From a virus (lineage: Duplodnaviria > Caudoviricetes): a stretch of DNA of 64,000 bases. Positions 1 to 9,218 of the stretch are shown piece after piece. The position numbers and the translations under genes are program-made. The notes under the pieces were generated by a model. That model was given only the letters and a program-made list of their open reading frames with translations, had not been told where the DNA came from and searched no databases. Location: the IMG/VR virus record IMGVR_UViG_3300028128_000337, positions 34,279 through 98,278 of that record. One strand, written 5' to 3'. Numbering within the stretch: the first letter of the stretch is position 1; each line of letters opens with the position of its first letter.

Positions 1-582
1 TATTTTTGTTACATTTTTATTTCCAGTCTTCTCAATGTAATATTCTTTCATGTAATCACAAGTGACTGTTATCTCATCCACCATACCCATCATCTCCATC
101 GTAGCATTCCGTATATCCTCATCAACAAATGCTCCTCGAAATTTGTTGTACTCCGGGATATCTTCATAGAACACTATGTCATCGATCTCATACACTAGGT
201 TGAAGTTGAGCTTGTTGCTCAATTTTTTTAAATATCTAACAAAGTTGAGCTGCGCTGGTGTTGCTTGCCGTTGTATTCTCACACACTTTACGTTTGTGTA
301 GAATTTTTCATCTGACACCATTACTGTACTGCCGTGCACAATCGCCTTTTGATATGCATTTAATACATGCTCCGGCCACAACATTCTCCAAAAACCACAC
401 CCACTAAAATCTGCATAATAATTTATACCTCTAGGCATATTAGCTTCTCTGGGACGAGATTCAGGTGTTATGTTATTTGGTCTCGGTTTTGGTATATTCA
501 GTGGTGTTATCCCGGGGGTGTTTATGTTGGGTGTTGTACCTATAACTGAGCCAACAACTGTACCTGGTGCTTTTTTAAACAT
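1..582 (-). CDS. Putative glycosyltransferase (GT-B/GT4-like), 3' end runs off the window; absent from ORF track
   Basis: Manual translation from ATG at 582: MFKKAPGTVV...NYYADFSGCGFWRMLWP...LVYEIDDIVF...DEITVTCDYMKEYY, open to position 1; TTAAATA late-promoter-like box 5 nt upstream. Confidence 0.65.
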   Translation of the reverse strand, partial: MFKKAPGTVVGSVIGTTPNINTPGITPLNIPKPRPNNITPESRPREANMPRGINYYADFSGCGFWRMLWPEHVLNAYQKAIVHGSTVMVSDEKFYTNVKCVRIQRQATPAQLNFVRYLKKLSNKLNFNLVYEIDDIVFYEDIPEYNKFRGAFVDEDIRNATMEMMGMVDEITVTCDYMKEYYIEKTGNKNVTKI

Positions 583-586
583 AATA

Positions 587-2401
587 TTATTTAAGTTCGG
601 ATTGAGGGGTTTCAACTCGAGTGGTTACCCCGTTTTGTTTTTCTAGAAAAATGATCTCTCCCGTCGCCATCTTAGTACTCTCTTTACGGTGACTGATAAC
701 CATTACACATTCATTAAAATTATCAATTCGCTCTTTTAATATCTCTATCACTAGCTCCACCCCACGCTCATCTAAACTACTGTCAAACAATTCATCATAC
801 ATACTAAAATTGAACGCCACATCACCTTGCAGTCTACGAATATCCATAAATGCAAACAGGCATGCGAGGTCAATATTTTTCCGCTCAGCTCCACTGAAAT
901 TAAAATATGAACATGGTTTACCTTTCTCGTCTATTATCTCTTCCTCGAAGTATTCATTAAACACACATATACAGTTACTATCCATCTTCTTCAAATAGTA
1001 TGCAAGTTTTGAGTTTAATAGTTGTAGTATCTTTTTTACAATATATGATTTAACACCCTCCTCAGACACTACAAACTTTATCACATCAAGCCGGGAGATT
1101 GATTTCTTGATCACATCTATTGCTTGTTGCTTTGACTCGAGTCTCACCGTCACCTCTTCAATCTGCTTGTCAATAGTATTGTCCCAGTTTTTTAAACTCT
1201 TAACATCATCAGCAATATCAGTAAATTGTGTTTTCAGCTGCTTGATTTGATTGTCAATATTTATTATATTTTGTCTCTGTAGATTGGCTTTATTCAGCTT
1301 ATTATTCAATTTATTCTTTTCATCTACTAATTGTTGCTGTATAGATCTAGCTTTTGTTAACCGAGTCTTGATCGCATCTCTTTCATCGGTCAACTGTTTA
1401 ACTACCTGTTGCGTGTTGCCCCTCTCCTGATCGATATACACTCGATGTGTATCATCCATTTCATGCAAACATACCGGGCATTGATGGTGGTCGGAGCTCA
1501 TTTTAGATAGTTTTTGTTGGTTTACCTCGATTAATGTTTTGGTTTTAGTGTGACTCTTCATAAAATCACTAACTTTGACTTCTGCTTTGTTTGTTGCATC
1601 ATTTATATTCGATATCTGACTAGAGATATCGTCAATATTAACTGGCTTAATCGTGTCCCTTTCCTTCATGAGTTTATCCATCTCTCTCTGACAACTCTCC
1701 TTCCGGGAATTGAGTTTATTTTTAGCTCTTAATTGTTCATTTTCAGCGTTTTGTTTCTGTACATTTAATGTGTTGATGCTGTTTGACACCTCTTCATACT
1801 TAACACACTCTATATCTAGTTCCCTGACAACACTATTATATTCACTCCGGACATCAGTCAACATGTCACTGAACACTTGTAAATTTAAAATACCTTCGAT
1901 AAACTTACGCTTTTCCAGTTTTTTCTTGGCCATGAATGGTGTTGCGTTGTTTATGGTCAATATTACGCAGTTCTGAAACACGTCTGATGTCGTGTTCAGC
2001 AGCTTGCATATATATTCTGTTGTGTTGACTATAGAATCTCTTGTTATATCCACACCATCTCTGTATAATATACATTTAGATGGTGATATTTTTCTAATCA
2101 CTCTGTATATGTTACTATCACCATCAACATTAACATCGAAGTCTAGTTCAACAACACAATCCCGTTGTGTTATGTTGTTTATTATGTGATCTTTTTTGAG
2201 TTCTCTTAATGTCGTACCATACAATGCAAAATATATACTATCTGCGATCGTACTCTTACCTACACCATTTCTACGATCAACCTTATCTCTATTACTACCT
2301 GTGATTATGTTCAATCCTTCATTGAACTCAACATGCACTGGTTCATCACCGACACTCAGGAAGTTTTTAATTTTAATTCTTTTAAAATTTATATATTTCA
2401 T
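587..2401 (-). CDS. 46: Recombination ATPase, T4 gp46 / SbcC-Rad50 family
   Basis: Walker A NGVGKST, long coiled coil with CPVC zinc hook, FSGAE signature, DELFDSSLD Walker B/D-loop, ISH. Confidence 0.95.
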   Translation of the reverse strand: MKYINFKRIKIKNFLSVGDEPVHVEFNEGLNIITGSNRDKVDRRNGVGKSTIADSIYFALYGTTLRELKKDHIINNITQRDCVVELDFDVNVDGDSNIYRVIRKISPSKCILYRDGVDITRDSIVNTTEYICKLLNTTSDVFQNCVILTINNATPFMAKKKLEKRKFIEGILNLQVFSDMLTDVRSEYNSVVRELDIECVKYEEVSNSINTLNVQKQNAENEQLRAKNKLNSRKESCQREMDKLMKERDTIKPVNIDDISSQISNINDATNKAEVKVSDFMKSHTKTKTLIEVNQQKLSKMSSDHHQCPVCLHEMDDTHRVYIDQERGNTQQVVKQLTDERDAIKTRLTKARSIQQQLVDEKNKLNNKLNKANLQRQNIINIDNQIKQLKTQFTDIADDVKSLKNWDNTIDKQIEEVTVRLESKQQAIDVIKKSISRLDVIKFVVSEEGVKSYIVKKILQLLNSKLAYYLKKMDSNCICVFNEYFEEEIIDEKGKPCSYFNFSGAERKNIDLACLFAFMDIRRLQGDVAFNFSMYDELFDSSLDERGVELVIEILKERIDNFNECVMVISHRKESTKMATGEIIFLEKQNGVTTRVETPQSELK

Positions 2402-3453
2402 TTGTATTTCCTATACAAGTCAACAGTGTAGTCTATTATTTGTTGTTTATCGTCAACATCTTCTAGCATGTTTATAAATTCCTCAATGGCTATAGTAACA
2501 TCCACTCCGGACAGGTCATGATCATTCTCATCTTCAAGTCCGAATTTGTTAAATGTTATGTCGTAGTCCGCTGTTATGCTTTTCGCGTTCAATTCAATAT
2601 ATTTTTTTAACAGTAGATCCATGTCATCAGGTGCCACCTGCCGGTCTATTATGAGCTTGACAATATTATTTGCAAACATCTCCCGGACTTCATCCGTTAG
2701 TGAGCCATGTGCTACTAGTTCTGATAATTTTATTTTTTGATGTGTTGGTGAGATATCATTTACGTAAAAATCATAATCTCCGGTCACAATGTCAAGTAAG
2801 TAATATCCTTTGATTCCATTAACATCACCAAAATCCATTTGATATGGATTTCCTAGATATAATATTTTACCATTTTTATATACACGCTCCTCTCGTAAGT
2901 GAAAATGTCCGGTTATTACTAATGGTGTTTTGGAGAGTATAGACTCACTCTTGATACCATCCTCACACACCTTGTGTTGATTGAACCGGAAAGATTGTAT
3001 TTCGAAGTGGCCAAACACGATGTCACTCTCCATTATTTGTTCTGGTTCTGTACCCCATGGACAGAACATCAGTTTGCGATTGAAACACTCATATTGTGTT
3101 GGTTGTGATACAACCGTTATGTTATCCCACCCACTCAATATGGACAATGAATTGATATCTGATTTGTCCTTGTAATATGCATCGTGGTTACCGACTAGTA
3201 TTACAATATTAAACCTTTTCCACATGTTCAATATCTGTGTTGTAACATGTATGGTGTTTACAGCGATCTCATCTCGGTAATGAAATAAGTCCCCGGGTAT
3301 TAGTATGTCTGTCACACCGTGCTTGTCTAACTCCCTAGACAACCAACCGGCCCATTCTACAGTAATGTCATGCCACATCTGCGAGTTTTGATGTACCCCG
3401 ATATGTATATCCGAAACGCAACAGACTTTTCTGTCGTTTAATTTAAGTTTCAT
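2398..3453 (-). CDS. 47: Recombination nuclease, T4 gp47 / SbcD-Mre11 family
   Basis: Metallophosphoesterase motifs SDIHIG, GDLFH, GNHD, GHFH; adjacent to gp46; start set at MKLKL (3453). Confidence 0.95.
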   Translation of the reverse strand: MKLKLNDRKVCCVSDIHIGVHQNSQMWHDITVEWAGWLSRELDKHGVTDILIPGDLFHYRDEIAVNTIHVTTQILNMWKRFNIVILVGNHDAYYKDKSDINSLSILSGWDNITVVSQPTQYECFNRKLMFCPWGTEPEQIMESDIVFGHFEIQSFRFNQHKVCEDGIKSESILSKTPLVITGHFHLREERVYKNGKILYLGNPYQMDFGDVNGIKGYYLLDIVTGDYDFYVNDISPTHQKIKLSELVAHGSLTDEVREMFANNIVKLIIDRQVAPDDMDLLLKKYIELNAKSITADYDITFNKFGLEDENDHDLSGVDVTIAIEEFINMLEDVDDKQQIIDYTVDLYRKYK

Positions 3454-3877
3454 CAGAACCAGCACTTGTAGTCTTACCACCCATTGTAAATTCTTGTGCT
3501 AAATCTTCGTATACCATCTCTTGATAGTCAGACACAACCTGTCTTTGCTTTTTCTCCTTTTTTATTCTGTTGATGAAAGCGTGGAAGGCGATTGTGGTGA
3601 AGTATGAAAATGGATTGTTACCTGTAGACAGATCGAACTTTTTACTCTGTAACGCAGAAAACATTTTAACTATCGCGTCTCCAACCATGTCATCTTTGTA
3701 TGAGTAGTTTATAAAATTTGGCGCGTAGCTCAAACCGGTTGCGATTTTAAATATCTTCATACCTAGTTCTTCACCAATGTCATCTGTACCACTTTCATAG
3801 TATGTTTTGATATCCTGTGTGAATTCCTTTGGACTCACATAGTATGGTTTATCTTTCTTTGATTTTCTTGATGCCAT
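3443..3877 (-). CDS. 55: Late-transcription sigma factor, T4 gp55-like
   Basis: YV..KEF, NFINYSYKDDMVGDAI, NPFSYFTTIAFHAFINRIKKEKK; position between uvsW and gp47. Confidence 0.92.
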   Translation of the reverse strand: MASRKSKKDKPYYVSPKEFTQDIKTYYESGTDDIGEELGMKIFKIATGLSYAPNFINYSYKDDMVGDAIVKMFSALQSKKFDLSTGNNPFSYFTTIAFHAFINRIKKEKKQRQVVSDYQEMVYEDLAQEFTMGGKTTSAGSDET

Positions 3878-5306
3878 ATTCTATTTTCTCCCCCTTGTAT
3901 AGAGTTAATCTCTTCATATAATGTTGATTGCTATAATGTAACATGTCCGCTATGTCTATAATTATAACACCTTTTTTGTCAGTATGCAAGCGTAGACCTC
4001 TACCAATACTCTGTATTATCTTAACCTTAGCCTTACCACCACCCGCAAATACTATATAATGTAAATTTTTGATGTTGATCCCGGTGGAAAATATTTTAGA
4101 TATCGCCACACATATCACATCACTGGTGGTCTCCATCAATTGCCGGATCTTGTCACGCTCATCAACTGCCACCTCTCCTCTTATAAAAAACACACGCTTG
4201 TTCTTACATTGTGATTTTAAAATACCGAACAATTCTTCTCCATGCGCTATATAATCCACCATTATCAATCCGTTGTTGTTAAAATTATTACACAGTTTGT
4301 TTATTATGCTATTTCGAAATTTGTTTTTGAGTAAAAATTCACCCTCTCTCCGGAATTTCGCAGAGGGGTCATATCTATCTGCTGGGAAGATTGGTGGTTT
4401 GTCGTTATATTCGATCCGAATGACTTGTACTCGCGCTCTAGCAACATAATCATCCTGTCTCAACTGATAACTGCTCCTCTCATATAACACTGGTCCTATC
4501 TTACCAAGGATATTCCACTGATCAATCTTTTTTTCCGGCATGGTTCCTGTGAACCCGAACTTGTGTGGTGTTGATATCTTCTTTATCAACTTGTTTATCT
4601 TGTTATCTTTCCGGAGCTTGTGTACTTCATCCACAATTAACATGTCAACATCTTGTATCCATGATGTATCTGATTTGTCACTCTGTAATATGCCCATGTT
4701 AGCGATTATTATGTTGCTACCCATATCAAGCTTGTTGTTACCCGTCCATTTAGAGTGTGTAAATGTGGTTCTATATTCTAAAAAATCACTATATGTTTGA
4801 TTCACTAGTCCGAGATCCGGAACTAACAACAAGCACTTCAATTGTTTGTTTTTCTTGTATATGTTTTCTATAAGATTTGCTATAGTTAATGTTTTACCCC
4901 CTGCGGTGGCTAGAATTGTGACTCCACGACCACGCTTCAGACACACATCCACTATATTTTGTTGGTAGTCTCTCAACTCCAGTGCTAATTTGGCTCGATC
5001 CTCTCTGTAAACATCATTATAACCCGGGTGAACAACTTGTCTCAAAGAATCTTGTATGTGTATCTTCGTGTCCGTCGTGTTGTTCTTGACAAATTTGTTA
5101 ATCTCGTGAAACAGTCCGGGTTCGAACCGACCTTGCGGGGTGATCACATACCGTCGACTAGCAGCAAAGCGGTTTCGGAACCTAGCATATTTGGCAGCTT
5201 CATTTTGTACTGAGAAATGTTCGCGGATCTCATCAAAGTGATCCCCTGTGACTTGTGCCATATTCTTTTTAGCATCATAGTCAAATATTACGGTATATTT
5301 TGACAT
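3849..5306 (-). CDS. uvsW: UvsW-like SF2 DNA helicase
   Basis: LRDYQ, ATAGGKT, DEVH, GFTGT, STGINI, QSIGRGLR. Confidence 0.93.
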   Translation of the reverse strand: MSKYTVIFDYDAKKNMAQVTGDHFDEIREHFSVQNEAAKYARFRNRFAASRRYVITPQGRFEPGLFHEINKFVKNNTTDTKIHIQDSLRQVVHPGYNDVYREDRAKLALELRDYQQNIVDVCLKRGRGVTILATAGGKTLTIANLIENIYKKNKQLKCLLLVPDLGLVNQTYSDFLEYRTTFTHSKWTGNNKLDMGSNIIIANMGILQSDKSDTSWIQDVDMLIVDEVHKLRKDNKINKLIKKISTPHKFGFTGTMPEKKIDQWNILGKIGPVLYERSSYQLRQDDYVARARVQVIRIEYNDKPPIFPADRYDPSAKFRREGEFLLKNKFRNSIINKLCNNFNNNGLIMVDYIAHGEELFGILKSQCKNKRVFFIRGEVAVDERDKIRQLMETTSDVICVAISKIFSTGINIKNLHYIVFAGGGKAKVKIIQSIGRGLRLHTDKKGVIIIDIADMLHYSNQHYMKRLTLYKGEKIEYGIKKIKER

Positions 5307-5701
5307 TATAATGTCTCTAGCTTCATTATTTCAGTTATGTTTTTTATGTCGAATGACATGCTGCTGAATATCCTCTCACTCTTCTCCAGGAACTCGACGA
5401 TCAATTTTTGTTCCTTGAGCTGGTCGTCAATGCCTTTTACCCGTGAGTGTTTTTCTGCGGCTTTTTGCGCGGTTGGTAGTGTCACTTGATATGTTGCAGT
5501 ATCTATAACCTCTTGAGCTAATTCTCTTATCACATTATCACGTGATTGTGTCAATCTACCAATGTCTCCCTTATGTCTGATCAATCTACCCACCCACTTG
5601 TGCTTCAATGCCGGTAATTTCATCTGTGCTTCCTTTAGATTGAACTCATCTAACTCAACATCAACACCCATTTCTTTAATATACTCTTCCAGTTGCTTCA
5701 T
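5306..5701 (-). CDS. uvsY: UvsY-like recombination mediator
   Basis: 131-aa helical protein (DEFNL...P..KHKW...SFDIKNI) immediately upstream of uvsW. Confidence 0.8.
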   Translation of the reverse strand: MKQLEEYIKEMGVDVELDEFNLKEAQMKLPALKHKWVGRLIRHKGDIGRLTQSRDNVIRELAQEVIDTATYQVTLPTAQKAAEKHSRVKGIDDQLKEQKLIVEFLEKSERIFSSMSFDIKNITEIMKLETL

Positions 5702-5716
5702 ATATGCTTAAGTATA

Positions 5717-5745
5717 ATTATAACATATATTTAGCATATAATCAA
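5717..5745 (-). promoter_or_regulatory. Sigma70-type promoter for the uvsY-uvsW-55-47-46 operon
   Basis: Minus strand TTGATT-N17-TATAAT. Confidence 0.7.
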
Positions 5746-6012
5746 ATGAAATTATTCGAACAACAATTTATCAAACATCTCATTAGTGAGGACAATGTGG
5801 CAGGTGCCGGGGGTGTATTCGGATCCGGGGAAGATAGTGTGACGCAGTCCATGAGTCATGGGGGGGATTTCGATAATACCGATTTTTACAACCCGGATGA
5901 CACTAGAATTGCTAAAGGTGGTAAGAGAGGTGGTAAAAAAAAGAAAAAACATGATGGTAGCTTACAGCCATTGATACCATTGCAGCGTAGAATAACAATA
6001 AAATCATTGTAA
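5746..6012 (+). CDS. Small hypothetical protein, possible internal head protein
   Basis: Start set at MKLFEQQFIKHLISE (capsid-targeting-like); basic C-terminus. Confidence 0.55.
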   Translation: MKLFEQQFIKHLISEDNVAGAGGVFGSGEDSVTQSMSHGGDFDNTDFYNPDDTRIAKGGKRGGKKKKKHDGSLQPLIPLQRRITIKSL

Positions 6013-6020
6013 GTAACTGT

Positions 6021-6521
6021 ATGACCTCTCCACAGAAAGCCAAGGGCAATAGCTTCGAACGTGACATAGCTAAGCATTTATCAGATGTATTCGGTAGTAA
6101 TTTCGCCAGAGTACCTACTAGCGGTGCGATGACCGGTGGGATCAATGCTCATGTCCTTGAGAAGTTGAGTGACAGTCAGAAGTTGTTGTTAGAAGGTGAT
6201 ATAATACCACCAGATAACATGAAGAGATTGAAGATAGAGTGTAAAGCACACAAGGTTTTCTCTTTTGCTAAAATTTTCTCCGAAAACAAACAGCTAGATG
6301 ACTGGATAGCACAAGCTCGTGGTAGAGATAAGGTTTGGTTTTTAATATTCAAGATCAACCGGAAAGGTACGTATATATGTTTCACAAGAAATGTGTTTAA
6401 AACATGCGACAGTCTTGTAGATGTCAATCATCTAGTTTACAAAAAATATTATTATGTGACTCATATGGATGGTTTTTTTGAAAAGCATCGTAGTGTTTTG
6501 TTGCGTCTTTGTCAAGATTGA
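6021..6521 (+). CDS. Holliday junction resolvase-like PD-(D/E)XK nuclease (Hjc type)
   Basis: KAKGNSFER, R..TSGA, GDI, IECK, W..QA motifs. Confidence 0.8.
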   Translation: MTSPQKAKGNSFERDIAKHLSDVFGSNFARVPTSGAMTGGINAHVLEKLSDSQKLLLEGDIIPPDNMKRLKIECKAHKVFSFAKIFSENKQLDDWIAQARGRDKVWFLIFKINRKGTYICFTRNVFKTCDSLVDVNHLVYKKYYYVTHMDGFFEKHRSVLLRLCQD

Positions 6522-6535
6522 TTTAAAATATCCTC

Positions 6536-7117
6536 ATGCAGCATGTGGATCTAAACAACTATGGTATTAGAGTGGTAAATTTCGCTGAAGTTTTCACTCT
6601 TGCTTACAAGGAGATAGTCAAAGACCTGTACACATATGATAAATTTCATGATCACAATGTGAGATCACAGGACACTAGACGGATATATTATTATCACTTG
6701 ATAAAGCACATGTGTGATTTGATAATACATAGCAAAACTGACAACAAGATTGTTATTTTCTATAGTGACAAAGATATCAAGTGTGATTTTAAACAATGTA
6801 CTAACAGAAAAACACGGAGATTTAAAAAAGACACCAAGCCGGCGTTTAGATTGTTCATGGATCGCTTTTTCCGAGCGATAAAATCGATGTTACCAGTGAA
6901 AATGCATGTAAGTGACGTCAAATTCGACACTTTTGTACAGTATTATAACACAAACAAGGGTAAATATATAGAAATCATAAATATCCTGAGGATTCCACCG
7001 AATAGGTCGTATAGTACGTTGGAAAAATTTAATAAGTTTGTTGATAAATACAAATTAACATATTTAAATAAACATTATGTTAACAACGTGAAACTTAAGT
7101 GTGTTATGTATAAATAA
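6536..7117 (+). CDS. Hypothetical protein
   Basis: 193-aa ORF in tight + strand gene string. Confidence 0.6.
   Translation: MQHVDLNNYGIRVVNFAEVFTLAYKEIVKDLYTYDKFHDHNVRSQDTRRIYYYHLIKHMCDLIIHSKTDNKIVIFYSDKDIKCDFKQCTNRKTRRFKKDTKPAFRLFMDRFFRAIKSMLPVKMHVSDVKFDTFVQYYNTNKGKYIEIINILRIPPNRSYSTLEKFNKFVDKYKLTYLNKHYVNNVKLKCVMYK
7109..7116 (+). promoter_or_regulatory. T4-type late promoter TATAAATA
   Basis: Exact TATAAATA 5 nt before ATG at 7122; gp55 encoded in window. Confidence 0.75.
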
Positions 7118-7121
7118 TATT

Positions 7122-7712
7122 ATGACTTTTGACAAGAGTATCAGTAAACATGAAAAAATTTATTTGAACAAGCATGACAGGTCGACTACTACAGATAAAT
7201 TAGATACACTATTAGAAGGTTTCACAGATTTTGCTGATAAATTTCACTCAGCAGCCATGGGAGGTGATTCCATTGGAGCTGGTAAACAGATTGCAGGCAC
7301 CATGCAACAGGCTAGTGATAAGATATCTGGTGTCACTTCCGGTGATCGGGCGATGGAGCAGAGCATTAAGCAAGGTTGGACTAACATGACCTCCCAACAA
7401 CAGTCCTCTTATAACCAACCCAATCAAAACTTACAGCAAATAGCGCAAAACACACCAGGGTGGGAGAAATATAGAGACTTAACCGGGTTTAACAGGTATG
7501 CAGCAGAAGTTAGACTCAACAAGCATGTCACAGATCCTCAACAGCGTGAGACACTAGGATTACAACCAAGGAGGACGGAAGTCAAACAAGGTGAACAAGG
7601 ATGGGAGGACAAAGTGAAGAGAGAGTGGGATCGCTTACCGGATGCACAAAAGAATTCCAGTCATTTTAAGAATGATTTTACCAACTATTTGAATTGGAGA
7701 AACACTCAATAA
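7122..7712 (+). CDS. Hypothetical Q-rich late protein, possible internal head protein
   Basis: Start re-set to ATG 7122 after TATAAATA; N-terminal region contains LLE. Confidence 0.6.
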   Translation: MTFDKSISKHEKIYLNKHDRSTTTDKLDTLLEGFTDFADKFHSAAMGGDSIGAGKQIAGTMQQASDKISGVTSGDRAMEQSIKQGWTNMTSQQQSSYNQPNQNLQQIAQNTPGWEKYRDLTGFNRYAAEVRLNKHVTDPQQRETLGLQPRRTEVKQGEQGWEDKVKREWDRLPDAQKNSSHFKNDFTNYLNWRNTQ

Positions 7713-7730
7713 CATAAGTATAATCAAACC

Positions 7731-8066
7731 ATGGATAAATTTATAAGCATTATTGATGAGAATCTTAAAATTCTCAATGAACAGGAACCACCAACAGAAC
7801 CATCCGGAGATGTGCCACCTCCACCACCAGAGACCGAGACACCTCCAAGCGAGTTGCCGGATCAAGACGCTGGTGATGACGACACATCCAAAATGAAGAT
7901 TGACTATGTGGAGATGATCAGAAAAGCGTTGATCATGGCACCCAAACACATCGATGACGTGGATTACGCCCGGTTGACCAAGATTGTTGACACAGAGAAC
8001 TTAGAAGAGATGCAAGAGTTGGTGAGCAGAATTGTTCGTAACAATTATCCACATCCTGATTTGTGA
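7731..8066 (+). CDS. Hypothetical acidic/Pro-rich protein, possible internal head protein
   Basis: MDKFISIIDENLKILNEQ N-terminus, PPPPPE linker. Confidence 0.6.
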   Translation: MDKFISIIDENLKILNEQEPPTEPSGDVPPPPPETETPPSELPDQDAGDDDTSKMKIDYVEMIRKALIMAPKHIDDVDYARLTKIVDTENLEEMQELVSRIVRNNYPHPDL

Positions 8067-9217
8067 TGAGTGACCGTGATCTGAGAAATTTGTATGAAAA
8101 CATCCAACGAGGGGATGAATATATTGCTCCGCGGAGAGCTCATGAGTTGTATCATGATGTATTGTCAGAAAAGCGTGGTAATGATGAGCTAAAAGTATTA
8201 TGTAAAAAATTAAATGATATCGGTGATAGAGGATATCTATCAGATGGTGATATTTTATATTTGAATCAATTTTTAGATGCTCGTGCATATTTGCCGGTAA
8301 TAACTAGTTATTTAAATGATAGTAACATAATACAAACAACGTTATCAGATAAAAATGCTGTTGAAGGCATAACAAAAATTTTACAATCTGCCGGTGTGTC
8401 CGATATGTTTGTCGAATATCTCAATTCGCAGCTGAGCTTTAACATTTTAGGTAAATCCGGGAATTTATTGGATATTATTTCTAGTAAATTGAGCAAATTT
8501 AACATACCACGTGATGTTATCGTACAGTTAATGCAGTTCGAAGGTACTGAAGGTGGTAGAGGTGTAGGTCAGTGTGAGTTAGGACTTGCGACGATATTTA
8601 ATGATGTTACTGTTCGAGATGGTCATGGAGACCTTAGTTGGAAAGGTGAATATCTTGAAGTTAAAGGTAGTAAGGCTAGACTCGGTGGTAGAGATGTTCC
8701 ACTCACGGGGTTCGAACAAACAATATTAGGCTCATTCGCTATACAACATGAGCTACCATTTAGTACTATAAAGAGTGGTGGTGATAAATACAATATTGTT
8801 GATACAATAATTGGCTTAAGTAAAGCCGGGATTCCAACAGCTCAGCTGAAAGCCGGTGTGATTGAATTTGTTAAGAAATGTTATCCAAACTCAGGTAGTG
8901 TGCCAATACCAGGTTCGTTTAAGGATAGAGGTAAGCTGAGAAACTACCTAGAGACATGTTACTTTACCCACTACGCATTAACAGAGGGTGTTGAGCATTT
9001 TATTTTTATCAACACAGGTACATCTCAAAAGAGTGGTTCAGATATTAAAACACCTACTGCTAACTTCGGTAAATTTATAATATTTCAAACACAAGATATA
9101 CCAAAACTAGTAAATGCTGGCGCTATTGGTGCAAGTACAATAACTTCAGCTAACATTTACCCTAGTCTTGGTGCACCAAATGTTAGTCAGGTACCATTAG
9201 AGGGGGCGATGGAATAA
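8063..9217 (+). CDS. Hypothetical protein with possible PD-(D/E)XK nuclease core
   Basis: GVGQCE...GDL....LEVKG motif spacing; AT-rich body. Confidence 0.5.
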   Translation: MMSDRDLRNLYENIQRGDEYIAPRRAHELYHDVLSEKRGNDELKVLCKKLNDIGDRGYLSDGDILYLNQFLDARAYLPVITSYLNDSNIIQTTLSDKNAVEGITKILQSAGVSDMFVEYLNSQLSFNILGKSGNLLDIISSKLSKFNIPRDVIVQLMQFEGTEGGRGVGQCELGLATIFNDVTVRDGHGDLSWKGEYLEVKGSKARLGGRDVPLTGFEQTILGSFAIQHELPFSTIKSGGDKYNIVDTIIGLSKAGIPTAQLKAGVIEFVKKCYPNSGSVPIPGSFKDRGKLRNYLETCYFTHYALTEGVEHFIFINTGTSQKSGSDIKTPTANFGKFIIFQTQDIPKLVNAGAIGASTITSANIYPSLGAPNVSQVPLEGAME

Positions 9218-9218
9218 C

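Noticed and set aside
587-5701. gp55 embedded among recombination genes as a novel arrangement
   Set aside because: uvsY-uvsW-55-47-46 order is the usual arrangement in marine T4-like phages
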